This document shows, piece by piece, positions 8,969 through 18,725 of a DNA stretch of 64,000 nt. Origin of the DNA: Gemmatimonadales bacterium (GTDB lineage: Bacteria > Gemmatimonadota > Gemmatimonadetes > Gemmatimonadales > GWC2-71-9); assembly GCA_036397455.1 (NCBI GenBank), contig DASWIX010000078.1, positions 41,002 through 105,001 on the forward strand. The letters are read 5' to 3'. The position numbers and the translations under genes were made by a program. The stretch's first letter is position 1. Every line of letters starts with the position of its first letter. The notes below the pieces were generated by a model. The model was not told where the DNA came from. It ran no database searches and was given only the letters and a program-made list of their open reading frames with translations.

Positions 8969-9934
8969 CTACCAGCCCAATTCCCGGTACCACGCGCCAA
9001 ACGCCCGTGCAAAGTAGGCAGGATTGAACAGCATCCATTCGCCGAGGGATTCGGGCAGCGTGAATGCCGTGCCCCCGTCCTCGGCGCTGGCACCCGACTC
9101 GTGGGCGCGGCGTGCACCCTGTTCCACCAGGTCGAGCACCGCAAGGTAGCGGTCGAGATCCACCCCGGCGCCCAACGCGCCGTGTCCCGGGACATACACG
9201 GTCGCGCGATCTCGCCGTAGCGCGCGCACCGACGCCGAGAGTTGGGTCGGAATGGCGTCGACATAGTTGGGGAACATCGCGTTCCAGTAGAGGTCGCCGC
9301 AGAACACGACACTCGGGTCATCGATCTCGAGCGAGATGTCACTGTCGGTGTGGCCGCTACGCGGGACGATCCGGACCGTGCGACCGCCCAAGTCGAGCGT
9401 GGTGGGTTCCGTTGGCGACAGGAACTCGACTTCTCGCAAGGCGGCGCTACGCGCGTCGTCGGGCGGGCGATTGCGCTCGAATACCTGGTCGCGTGTCACC
9501 TCGGTCGCCCGTATGGCCGGCCTGTCGGTGCCCGCCAGGTACCCGGCCGTGCCGTTCGCGTGGTCGGCATGGTAGTGGGTGAGCGCCACGTGGGTGGGCC
9601 ACCGCCCGGTCAGCTCGCGCGCTTTGCCGGCAAGCCACTCGGCACCTCGCGGTCGATAGAATCCTTCAATCGCCAGCACACCGGTTCTGCCCGCGATGAT
9701 ACCGCCATTGGAGAGCGTCGTGTTATCGCCATTCAATGGAGTGGAGATAAGCGCCCAGATGTTCTCGGCCACCCGCTCCAGGTTGCCAAACGGCTCTTGC
9801 GCAACGACCTGGCCGCGCGGCGTATGGGCCCACCAATCGCGACGCGCGCGCGGCATCGCCGCGGCCATGATCGCCAGGTGAGCGCCACAGGAAGCCGAGC
9901 GACCGAGAAAGTCGCGACGCGTGATGTCAGCCAT
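8969..9934 (-). CDS. MBL-fold metallo-hydrolase with twin-arginine (Tat) signal
   Basis: Tat-like N-terminus (RRDFLGRSASCGAHLAIMAAA) and an HxHxDH metal motif (THYHADHANG). Confidence 0.85.
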   Translation of the reverse strand: MADITRRDFLGRSASCGAHLAIMAAAMPRARRDWWAHTPRGQVVAQEPFGNLERVAENIWALISTPLNGDNTTLSNGGIIAGRTGVLAIEGFYRPRGAEWLAGKARELTGRWPTHVALTHYHADHANGTAGYLAGTDRPAIRATEVTRDQVFERNRPPDDARSAALREVEFLSPTEPTTLDLGGRTVRIVPRSGHTDSDISLEIDDPSVVFCGDLYWNAMFPNYVDAIPTQLSASVRALRRDRATVYVPGHGALGAGVDLDRYLAVLDLVEQGARRAHESGASAEDGGTAFTLPESLGEWMLFNPAYFARAFGAWYRELGW

Positions 9935-10070
9935 GGACTTCGCCCTCGCGGAAGCAACGGTTCAGGGATGGGCGGTCATCGCCCGAAACATGGAAGGTGT
10001 TCACCTGACGCGCGAGGCTCGCGGCATGGCAGCCCACGAGCCCCGGCTGTGGCAGGCGGCTGTTTTCGGC

Positions 10071-10628
10071 TCACGGCCAGCGCCAGCCGAACATCCCGGC
10101 GGTCAGCAGCGCATATACCAGCGAGTCGAACAGGGACCGCATCGTCGATCCCCAGTTACGACCCCACCAGATCGCGTCCTGGACAAGGGCCAGGCCATAT
10201 CCCGCGAACGCGACGGTACCCACCACCCGAAAGACCTTCAGGTAGTCGGTGCCGGGTGCCAGGGTGCGCGACGCGAGATACCCCGCGAACAATCCCACCA
10301 CCAGACAGTACACGAACCACATGGTCAGTTGTTTCCCCATGTTGAACGGGCCATTGCGGTAGACCGTCATGAACGCCACCGGTCCCTGGCTCAGCTTCCC
10401 GACGAACTCGGGTGAGCCCATTTCCTTGGCGTCGGCCGCACGCGGCATCGTGTAGTCGCCGGGCGGGATGTTGAACGGCCTGAGCGCGTCCATGACTTCC
10501 GCCTCCTTGGGGAGGCCTCGGACGTCCGCGCGGTGATAGGTGAATACCATGTGGATGATCGAACTCGCGACGAACACGGCGACAGCGGACAGCAGAATCG
10601 GTAGCCAGAGTGCGGTCAGCGAGACCAT
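10071..10628 (-). CDS. Small integral membrane protein, unknown function
   Basis: The internal ATG at 10628 (MVSLTALWLPILL...) is preceded by GGAGGAG. There are four predicted hydrophobic helices. Confidence 0.6.
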   Translation of the reverse strand: MVSLTALWLPILLSAVAVFVASSIIHMVFTYHRADVRGLPKEAEVMDALRPFNIPPGDYTMPRAADAKEMGSPEFVGKLSQGPVAFMTVYRNGPFNMGKQLTMWFVYCLVVGLFAGYLASRTLAPGTDYLKVFRVVGTVAFAGYGLALVQDAIWWGRNWGSTMRSLFDSLVYALLTAGMFGWRWP

Positions 10629-10791
10629 GGTGGCTCCTCCGGAGGATGGGGGGTCGGGCAAGCTGCAACCTCGGAACGGGTTCGTCAATATGTGGCGAGG
10701 CTGGATTGTCTTTTCACCGCGGAGGCGGGAGGTCGCAGAGGGAATTCAGCAACGCGGCCCGGGCGGTGTAGAACTGCACGCCCACGGCGTT

Positions 10792-10802
10792 CTCTGCGGT
10801 GA
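10792..10802. repeat. Left copy of the 11-bp direct repeat CTCTGCGGTGA flanking the GxxExxY gene
   Basis: An identical 11-mer occurs at 11233-11243. The left copy abuts the stop codon (10804-10806). Confidence 0.75.
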
Positions 10803-10803
10803 C

Positions 10804-11187
10804 TCACTCCCGAAGCTCGTTCACCAACCGCCGAAGCCCCATCCTCAGCTGCAGGACATTGAAGTTGATCAGCAACCCAGCGTGAAGACCGGAAAGCCTC
10901 AGGTACGTCAGGAGCTGGGCCTCGTGGACCGGTTCGAACCGGGCCACCGATTTCAGCTCGACGATCACCTCCCCTTCCACGAGCAAGTCGATCCGGTAGC
11001 CGCAATCGACCTGGTAACCCTTGTAAATGACCGGCAACTCCTTCTGTCGTTCGACGAACAGGTTGTGCCCGACCAGTTCGCGCACCAGGCACGCTTCGTA
11101 GGTCGACTCCAGGAGCCCGGGGCCCAGTTCGCGGTGGACCTCGATCGCCGCCCCGATAATCGTCTCGGTAACCTCATTCACCTTCAT
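10804..11187 (-). CDS. GxxExxY protein (PD-(D/E)XK-like, TIGR04256-type)
   Basis: 127 aa containing the eponymous motif GLLESTY in [17 protein letters not shown]. The [13 protein letters not shown] core is typical of this family. Confidence 0.9.
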   Translation of the reverse strand: MKVNEVTETIIGAAIEVHRELGPGLLESTYEACLVRELVGHNLFVERQKELPVIYKGYQVDCGYRIDLLVEGEVIVELKSVARFEPVHEAQLLTYLRLSGLHAGLLINFNVLQLRMGLRRLVNELRE

Positions 11188-11232
11188 GGCACTGCCACCC
11201 CTTCTCGGTCATCACGCTGCCTCCTCTGCGCC

Positions 11233-11243
11233 CTCTGCGGTGA
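11233..11243. repeat. Right copy of the 11-bp direct repeat CTCTGCGGTGA
   Basis: It is identical to 10792-10802 and embedded in a cluster of CTCTGCG / CGCAGAG heptamers (11224, 11233, 11282, 11291, 11321). Confidence 0.75.
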
Positions 11244-11461
11244 TCTCACGGAAGCCAGCCACGATTACGCGCCGCTGAGGACGCAGAGATCGCAGAGGAC
11301 ATCCCGGCACATTCAGACCCCTCTGCGTCCTCCGCGCCCTCGACGGGGAAACTTGAGGTGCTCCGGCCGGCAACGGCTCATGATTCTCGCTCCGCCCCCG
11401 TCAAAATCCCGCACACGGCAGAGTCCCTCCGGAGAACCAGCGAACGCACTAACTTCCATCC

Positions 11462-12874
11462 ATGCGCCTGCCGCTCTCGATCCTCCTCGCGACACTGCTC
11501 TGCGGGACCATCGCCTGCCCCGGCGACGGCCTCAGCGGTCCCGACAATACCGACGCGGCACTGCTGGTCCTGCCGCGGAGCGTCAGCATCGGCATCGGCG
11601 ACACTGCCACCCTTTCGGCATTCTTCGTCGTATCCGGCGCGGATTCGGTCGCCGCCGAGGCCGAATGGACGAGCCGGGATACGAACGTGGCGACGGTATC
11701 GTCCCGCGCGGTGGTCAGGGGGATCGGGTCGGGCACCACCCGGATCGTGGCCGGGGCGACCAGGCGAGAGGACTCCGCGACGGTCGTCGTCACCGCGGTC
11801 GCGCTCCGCCCACCGACGCTCCAGCTCATTGCCGAGAGCCCCGCCGGCGCCCTGGTGTACGCCACCGCACCGGCATCGGACTCGACCAGGCTCTTTCTGG
11901 TTGCGCAGGCGGGCGCCGTGTACGTCGTCCGCAACGACACGCTCCTGACCGCGCCATTTCTCGACGTCCGCGACAGCGTCCGATCGGCGGGTGAACGGGG
12001 TCTCCTCTCGATCGCGTTTCATCCGGCGTACGCGACCAACGGGTATTTCTTCGTGTCGTACACCGACCTGAACAACGACTCACGCATCGTACGGTACACT
12101 GCGACCAGTGCCGAAACGGCGGACCCGGCATCCGGTTCGCTGGTACTGGCGCTCGACCAGCCGTTCAACAACCACAACGGCGGGCAGGTCGCTTTCGGTC
12201 CCGACGGCATGCTGTACATCGGATTCGGCGACGGGGGCAGCGGTGGCGACCCGCTCGGATCCGGCCAGAACCCCAAGTCACTGCTCGGGAGCATCCTGCG
12301 GATCGACGTGGATGGCGGGACCCCGTACGCTATTCCCTCCGACAACCCGTTTGTCGGCGACGCGGCGGCGCTGCCGGAGATCTGGGCGTGGGGCCTGCGC
12401 AACCCGTGGCGATTCAGTTTCGATCGCCTGGCCGGGGACCTGTACATCGCCGACGTCGGTCAGAACGCTTGGGAAGAGGTGAACGTTCAGCGCGCGTCGA
12501 GTCCGGGCGGGGAGAACTATGGGTGGAACGTGATGGAAGGGTGTCACTGCTACGCCGCTACTTCGTGCGACATGCAGGACAAGATCCTGCCCGTGATCGA
12601 ATACTCGCACGAGGAGGGCTGTTCGGTGACGGGCGGATTCGTCTACCGAGGATCGGCGGTGCCGATTCTCACCGGCCGGTATCTCTACGCGGACTACTGC
12701 AGCGGCTGGGTCCGCAGTTTCACGTTCGAGGCCGGCCGGGCCACGAATGTCGGCGCGTGGTCGGCTCTCGCCCCGCCCGGCGCCTTCGTCACGTCGTTCG
12801 GGGAGGATGCACGGGGGGAGTTGTACGTGATGACCGCGGCGGGCGGGCTCTACCGAATCGTTGAGGCAAACTGA
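11462..12874 (+). CDS. PQQ-dependent sugar (glucose/sorbosone) dehydrogenase-family lipoprotein with N-terminal Ig-like (Big_2-type) domain
   Basis: Lipobox-like LLCGTIAC and an Ig-like segment (ATLSAFFV...WTSRDTNVATVS). The beta-propeller motifs are AFHPAY, NHNGGQVAFGPDGMLYIGFGDGG, WAWGLRNPWRFSFD and GENYGWN. Confidence 0.85.
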   Translation: MRLPLSILLATLLCGTIACPGDGLSGPDNTDAALLVLPRSVSIGIGDTATLSAFFVVSGADSVAAEAEWTSRDTNVATVSSRAVVRGIGSGTTRIVAGATRREDSATVVVTAVALRPPTLQLIAESPAGALVYATAPASDSTRLFLVAQAGAVYVVRNDTLLTAPFLDVRDSVRSAGERGLLSIAFHPAYATNGYFFVSYTDLNNDSRIVRYTATSAETADPASGSLVLALDQPFNNHNGGQVAFGPDGMLYIGFGDGGSGGDPLGSGQNPKSLLGSILRIDVDGGTPYAIPSDNPFVGDAAALPEIWAWGLRNPWRFSFDRLAGDLYIADVGQNAWEEVNVQRASSPGGENYGWNVMEGCHCYAATSCDMQDKILPVIEYSHEEGCSVTGGFVYRGSAVPILTGRYLYADYCSGWVRSFTFEAGRATNVGAWSALAPPGAFVTSFGEDARGELYVMTAAGGLYRIVEAN

Positions 12875-12888
12875 AGGCGCCGAGGCGG

Positions 12889-13967
12889 CTATTCCACGTA
12901 TATCTTCCCGGCCGCCGCCGCACTGATTTCCAACCCCGCCAGTCGCAGGGCAAGTGCCATCTGCGGATCCCGCTGTTCGCGCAGGTCGGCCCCGGTCGGT
13001 AACACGAGACTATCAGGGGTCACACCCACACCTTCGAGTCGCTCCCCGCCGGGAAGAATGAGATCGGCGACCGTAATCATCACACCGTACGGGACGTAGC
13101 GGGTGGCACCGCCGACTCGGTGCGGCCGGTAGGTGGCTTCCATGACCGCGCCCCCCGACCGGTCGCCGACAACGATGGCCTTGCCTTCGCGCTGCAGCGT
13201 TCGGGCGGTGATTTCCGCACCCGACGCGGAATAACTGTCGATCAGAACGATGACCCGTCGGGGATATCGGTCTCCCACTCCTCCCGCACGCGGATTCTGG
13301 TCGCCTGATCCTGCAGGTTCAGCACTGGCGGGTGTTGGGTGACCTTGGCGGCGATCTCCATGGTCTCCACACGTCCGTCCCTGCCCAACTCGAGGACCAG
13401 GCCGCTGGAGGGACGCAGCAGATAGTAGACGTACGAGAGCAACGGCGCCGATCGGCGTGTCACCGGCATCTGGTTGATGCGCAGCAACCGGTCGCCCGGG
13501 CGGACACCTTGACGATACGCATCGCTGCTCGAGTCGACCGCGGTCACGTAGCACGCCTCGCCCACGGGCTGCCAACTGATCCCGTACTGGGCCCGGACAC
13601 GCAACGGGGGCGGATCGAACAAGGTGTGCGAGTCGTTGAGCACCAGCAGAAACTGGGCGAGCACGCCGAGCATTTCGGTGTAAGACGTGGCGCGGCTGAT
13701 GGCGGAATCGGCTTTGGCGTAGAGCGTGTCCAGGTCGATTCCGTGGAACGTCGCGTCGTAGTACCGGTCTTCGAGCTCCTCGCGCAACACCCCCAGGATC
13801 CGGTGCCCGCGCGAACGATCTTGCGCTTCGAGCGTCGTCTGTTGGGCGGCGGCAGGAGACACCGGCACGCCGAGGGGAAGGACAAGGAGAACCGAGCAGA
13901 TGAGCCGGAGGCGGATCGCCGCCCGCCGAACAGGGACATGGTTCAACTTCACACGGTGCATAGCCAA
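12889..13967 (-). pseudogene. S41-family peptidase (PDZ-containing) split by a frameshift near 13245-13290
   Basis: The N-terminal 241 aa (13967-13242: signal peptide, LNDSHT, PDZ-like GDRLLRINQ) stop at TGA 13242-13244. The catalytic part (RRVIVLIDSYSASGAEITA...GVGVTPD) continues in another frame down to 12889. Confidence 0.6.
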
Positions 13968-14036
13968 TCAACTCCGCCGCTAGCCGCTCCTCTACCCGGA
14001 AGGCAAGGCCGGCGACACCTCGATGCCGCCTGCTCA

Positions 14037-14109
<73 letters not shown>

Positions 14110-14133
14110 GCGAGCAGGCAAACTAACCGGTCG

Positions 14134-16929
14134 CTACCGTTCCCGGAACTGCTCGTACAATCGTTGGTGCTTGTTGTTCTTGGGATCCACTCGCCGGCCC
14201 CCAACCCACATCATCTCGACGTTCGTCAGAATCTGCAGCGGATCGCCGTCCGTCACGATAACGTCCGCCCGCGCGCCGGCCTCCAGCCGCCCGGCATTGA
14301 TTCCCAGGATCGCAGCCGCGTGCATGGTCACGGCGCGCAGGCCCGCCTCAGGGGACAGGCCAAACGCGACGGAATGCGCCGCGTGGTACGGCAGGTTGCG
14401 CACGTCGGCGTCACTCGCCGTCCCGAACGCAAACTGGACGCCGGCCGCTTCCAGCGCGCTCGCGTTCCGGTAGTTCGCCTGCAGCGACTCGTCGCGGTTG
14501 CTCGAAGGCGAGTAGGCAGACGTAATGACAACCGGCATATGCCGGCTGGCCAGTTCGTCCGCTACCTTCCACGCCTCCGTCCCGCCGACCACCACCGGGC
14601 GGATCTCCGGGAAACTGTCGGCGAAGACGAACAAGGTGCGGATCTGCCACTCGCTCTCGGCCTTGAAGAAGACCGGCATCTCGCCTCGCATGGCCGGCCC
14701 CATCGCGTCCAGCAACACCGCTTCGCCACCCCAGACGTTCGCCTCGAACGGCTGCGTGGGATCGTCGCTGATCGACGGATGCGCGGTGTAAACTCGTGCC
14801 CGCCGGAAGAACGCGACGAGTTCCTCCATGCGCCTGCCGGTGAGTGTCGGCTCTTTCTCCTCCTCTTCGTCTTCCTCCTGGTTCCGGGCCCGCACTTCCG
14901 CCTCGGCTTCGAGCAGGATCGACGACTCGATGTGCGGCGCCCCGCCGTGCAGTTCCCCATCATCGGCGAACTCGAGCCAATTGCCGGTTTCGCCCGTCGC
15001 TTCACGCGGCGCGGGGAAATCGACCACGATCGCCGCTTCCGGCTTGACCGCCACCTGCTCCCAGGTGTCGCCGTCGTTGAATCCGATGACTGCCGCCGTC
15101 CCCGAGATGACGCCTGACGTTTGCGCGGTCAGCACGGTGGTAATGCCGTTCGCCCGCGCCACGTTGAGACTGGGATAGTACGGCATCACCGCCGAGATGG
15201 CCCGGATCTGTGGATTGTAAGCACCGATTTCGGCCTGGTCGGTCGCCTGCCCCACTTGCCCGAACTCGAACAGGCCGATGGTCGTCGCCGGATCGATCAT
15301 GCCGGGATACACGTGCTTGCCACTGACATCCACGCTGGTCGCTCCAGCAGGCACGCTGACACCGGCGCCACCGACCGCCAGAATACGGTCGCCCTGCAAG
15401 ATCACGGTCCCATGCGCGATCACCGGGCCCGACACGGGATGGACGGTGCCGCCAACCAGCGCCACGATTTGACCCTGCGGCGTGCTCGACGGTGCCGCCC
15501 CATTGGACGACGACACGGACGCGCTCGTCATCGCGCTGGTCGATGCTGCCGCCTCGCGTACGGGAAAGGCGTTGAACGGCTGATCGCGCGTGCCCGCCTC
15601 GTCCGATGCATCGTAATAGACGATGCCATCCACGATGGTCTGCTCGACCCGCGCATAGCTGCTGTACGGCGACGCGTTCAGCAGGACGATGTCCCCCTGT
15701 TTCCCTTCCTCGAGCGAACCCACCTTGTCGTCGATGTGCAACATCCGGGCGGGATTGAGCGTCAGCATGCGCAGCGCTTCGAGCCGGGAGACCCCACCGT
15801 ACTTGATCGGTTTGGGAATCTCGAGGTGCATGAAGCTCTGGAGCCACGGAATGTCGGAATTGATCGCCGTCAGAATGCCGTGTTGCTGCATGATGGCCGC
15901 GTTGAACGGGGTCGCGTCAGACGCCTCGCGCTTGTACTGCCACCAGTCACTGAACGTCGACCCGCCTGCCCCGTGCGCCGCCATCTCGTCGGCGACGCGA
16001 TACCCTTCGAGCACGTGCGTGAACACGTCGATCCTGAACCCGAACCGCTCGGCCACGCGCATGAGCGCGAGGATCTCGTCGCTGCGGTACGAGTGCGCGT
16101 GGATCCCGATCCGCCCGTCCATGATGTCGACCAGTGCTTCGAGCCGAAGATCGCGCCGCGGCGGCGCGCGGAATGCGTTGCGGTTCGCCTCGTATCGCGC
16201 CCATTCCGCCTTGTACGCCTGCGCGGCCATGAACGCCTCCACGTACGTGGCCTCGACCCCCTGCCGCGACCGGGGGAACCGGCTACTCGCGTTCTGGGGG
16301 GCACCCTTCCGCGTGACATTCTCGCCCAATGCGAACTTCACGAACTTGGGCGCGCCCGGGATCAGGAGCTGATCCGCGCGGTCCATCCCCCAGCGCATCT
16401 TGATCACGGCACTCTGCCCGCCGATCGGATTGGCGCTGCCGTGCATGATGCGCGCACTGGTCACACCGCCCGACAACGCCTGGTAGATCGAGTAGCTCTC
16501 GGCGTCCAGGGCGTCCAGCACGCGGACCTCGGGCACCACCGGCGCGCTGCCTTCGTTCGTCGCCGCCATGGCGACGTGGGAGTGCTCGTCCACGATGCCG
16601 GGCATCGCCTGGAGACCATGGCCGTCGATCACCCGCACGTTGGCCGGTGCTTGCAGGTTCATCCCGATCCGGCGGATGATGCCGCCCCGAATCAGGATCG
16701 ACACGCCCGCGATCGGATCGCCGGCGGCCGTCCACACGGTGTCCAGATTGGCGATGAACAGGTCGCCGGTCGGATACGTCACCCGCCCTTCCGCGAGCTG
16801 TACCGCGAGGCTGGCGCGCTGCTGCGCCGCCGCGGGTGGGATCATCGCGCCGAGTGCCAGCGCAACGATGAGTCGAGCACGTCCCCTCATGACCAGACCT
16901 CGCGATACCAGCGAATGGAAGCGCATCAT
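14134..16929 (-). CDS. Large two-module amidohydrolase-family protein (secreted)
   Basis: 931 aa with a signal peptide. It has an amidohydrolase metal motif (GIVDEHSHVAM), a second degenerate amidohydrolase-like half, and an acidic linker (EEDEEEEKE). Confidence 0.85.
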   Translation of the reverse strand: MMRFHSLVSRGLVMRGRARLIVALALGAMIPPAAAQQRASLAVQLAEGRVTYPTGDLFIANLDTVWTAAGDPIAGVSILIRGGIIRRIGMNLQAPANVRVIDGHGLQAMPGIVDEHSHVAMAATNEGSAPVVPEVRVLDALDAESYSIYQALSGGVTSARIMHGSANPIGGQSAVIKMRWGMDRADQLLIPGAPKFVKFALGENVTRKGAPQNASSRFPRSRQGVEATYVEAFMAAQAYKAEWARYEANRNAFRAPPRRDLRLEALVDIMDGRIGIHAHSYRSDEILALMRVAERFGFRIDVFTHVLEGYRVADEMAAHGAGGSTFSDWWQYKREASDATPFNAAIMQQHGILTAINSDIPWLQSFMHLEIPKPIKYGGVSRLEALRMLTLNPARMLHIDDKVGSLEEGKQGDIVLLNASPYSSYARVEQTIVDGIVYYDASDEAGTRDQPFNAFPVREAAASTSAMTSASVSSSNGAAPSSTPQGQIVALVGGTVHPVSGPVIAHGTVILQGDRILAVGGAGVSVPAGATSVDVSGKHVYPGMIDPATTIGLFEFGQVGQATDQAEIGAYNPQIRAISAVMPYYPSLNVARANGITTVLTAQTSGVISGTAAVIGFNDGDTWEQVAVKPEAAIVVDFPAPREATGETGNWLEFADDGELHGGAPHIESSILLEAEAEVRARNQEEDEEEEKEPTLTGRRMEELVAFFRRARVYTAHPSISDDPTQPFEANVWGGEAVLLDAMGPAMRGEMPVFFKAESEWQIRTLFVFADSFPEIRPVVVGGTEAWKVADELASRHMPVVITSAYSPSSNRDESLQANYRNASALEAAGVQFAFGTASDADVRNLPYHAAHSVAFGLSPEAGLRAVTMHAAAILGINAGRLEAGARADVIVTDGDPLQILTNVEMMWVGGRRVDPKNNKHQRLYEQFRER

Positions 16930-18629
16930 CGCGCACCTCCGGGGTGCTTGCGACCGGAGAACGAAAACGGACCAAACGGTCCTTCACCGCTGCCCGACAT
17001 GCGATCCCCCTCCACGGTGCCATCGCCGGTCATCTCGAATTCCTGGCCACCGGCGTTGACGCTCATCGTGAAATGGACCCGATTCCCGGATACGTTGCCG
17101 CGCATCGAGGCGGATCCCACCTCACTCGTGGCGGTCCCGCGGAACGACCCGTCGGGGTCCATCGTGAGGCTCGCCTCGAATGGGAATTCCTGTCCGCCCG
17201 CGGCCATGGTGATCGTCCACGCGCCCGTGACAACCACCGCGGGCGCCCCACCACCTCCGCCGCCGGCACCCTTCTCATAGCCGCCCTCGACGAAGACGTA
17301 ACGTACCTCCGATTTCTCCTCGAAGATCGGCCCGCTCCACGCGACGAAGGTCGCCGGCGTCCCCGCGCCAAGCCGAGTCACCTGGGGAATACCGAGCAGC
17401 GTGGCCGGAACGCTGGTGATCGCCGCGAGTGCGGCGGACTCCGTCAACCCGTACTCGATCGACTTCCGTGTCGCCTCGAGTACGTTGCCGTCTCCACCTC
17501 CGCTCGTGATCGCGAACGTCACGCGGGCCGCTTCGAGCCGGCCGGCGTTGGACCAGATGTCCTCCAGTCGTTTCTTCTCGCGTGCGGCCGCCGGGTCGAG
17601 TGCCTCCGGTGCGGCTGGCGCAGCGGCGGCCCGGGCCGTATCGGCCGCCGCCGAGTCCGCGACCGTCGTATCCGGCTTGGGTGGCTTCCAGTCATCCGGT
17701 TTGGGGAAATCGCCATCGATCAGCACCGGGATCTGGCGCCGGACGAGTTCATCCGCCACACGCCACGCTTCGTGCCCGCCCACGATGACCGGCTTGATAC
17801 CGTACTCGTCCGACAGCGCAAATACCCGACGAATGTCCTCGGCGCCGTTGGCGGCGAAGAACACGCGTAGCTGACCGGCCATCGCGCGTCGCAACACGGC
17901 GTAGTCGGGATCGAAGCCTGGCGTGCCAAGTCCACTGGGGTTCCGGGCGTACGCCTCGCGGATCACGCCGTCCCGCCTCGCGTCCTCGAACGCCTGACGC
18001 ATGTACGCGATCACAGCGAACAGCGTGCCGGGGTACACGCCCTGCGCGCCCTGAAACGCCATCGAGAGGCCGACGTCGTCGTTCACCACCATCTCCCACG
18101 GCCGTTCCACATCGGTGCGGTACAGGATAGCGGCCCCCAGCCCGGCGGCCAACGCGCCGCTGGGAATGATCCCGGCCGCAACGAGACCGGCGGCCCGTTG
18201 CTCCTTGCCGTCCGGGCCGGTCTGGGTGAGATAATTGACGACGCGTCGATGGGCCAACATCCCCTGCAGGTCGCGTGGCGCATCCCACGACCGGACGCTG
18301 TCGCCGCGTTCGACCTCCGGGAACGCCACCGCCGCCTTGCCCTGCGCATCCACCAGACCGGGATACACGTAGAGCGAATCGCCCTCGAGTACCTCCGCAT
18401 CGGCGGGGATCGCGACGCCCGCACCCATGTTCTCGATCAAACCGCCCCGGACCACGATGGTCACACCCGTTTCGCGGCGCCCATCGGGGTAAACGACCGT
18501 GACGCGCTCGAGTGCGTAAGCAGGTGACGGCGGGGGCGCGCGATGCTGGGCGGCAGCGCCGGCCGGCCATGCCAGCGGCGTGCACGCCACCGCCGCGACG
18601 ATCGAGTGCCGCAGGGACCAGCGTATCAT
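16926..18629 (-). CDS. Amidohydrolase-family protein (partner of the downstream large amidohydrolase)
   Basis: 567 aa with a signal peptide and an amidohydrolase-like fold pattern (YPGLVDAQG). There is a C-terminal small beta-domain. Its stop overlaps the next start (ATGA at 16926-16929). Confidence 0.8.
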   Translation of the reverse strand: MIRWSLRHSIVAAVACTPLAWPAGAAAQHRAPPPSPAYALERVTVVYPDGRRETGVTIVVRGGLIENMGAGVAIPADAEVLEGDSLYVYPGLVDAQGKAAVAFPEVERGDSVRSWDAPRDLQGMLAHRRVVNYLTQTGPDGKEQRAAGLVAAGIIPSGALAAGLGAAILYRTDVERPWEMVVNDDVGLSMAFQGAQGVYPGTLFAVIAYMRQAFEDARRDGVIREAYARNPSGLGTPGFDPDYAVLRRAMAGQLRVFFAANGAEDIRRVFALSDEYGIKPVIVGGHEAWRVADELVRRQIPVLIDGDFPKPDDWKPPKPDTTVADSAAADTARAAAAPAAPEALDPAAAREKKRLEDIWSNAGRLEAARVTFAITSGGGDGNVLEATRKSIEYGLTESAALAAITSVPATLLGIPQVTRLGAGTPATFVAWSGPIFEEKSEVRYVFVEGGYEKGAGGGGGGAPAVVVTGAWTITMAAGGQEFPFEASLTMDPDGSFRGTATSEVGSASMRGNVSGNRVHFTMSVNAGGQEFEMTGDGTVEGDRMSGSGEGPFGPFSFSGRKHPGGAR

Positions 18630-18725
18630 CGTGAAACCATCCTCGTGGGAAGACCCTTGGTGGGAACGCCGCTAAGAGACGTTACAGAACTCCGCCCTGT
18701 CAAGGTTGCCGAGTGGGCGGCGATA

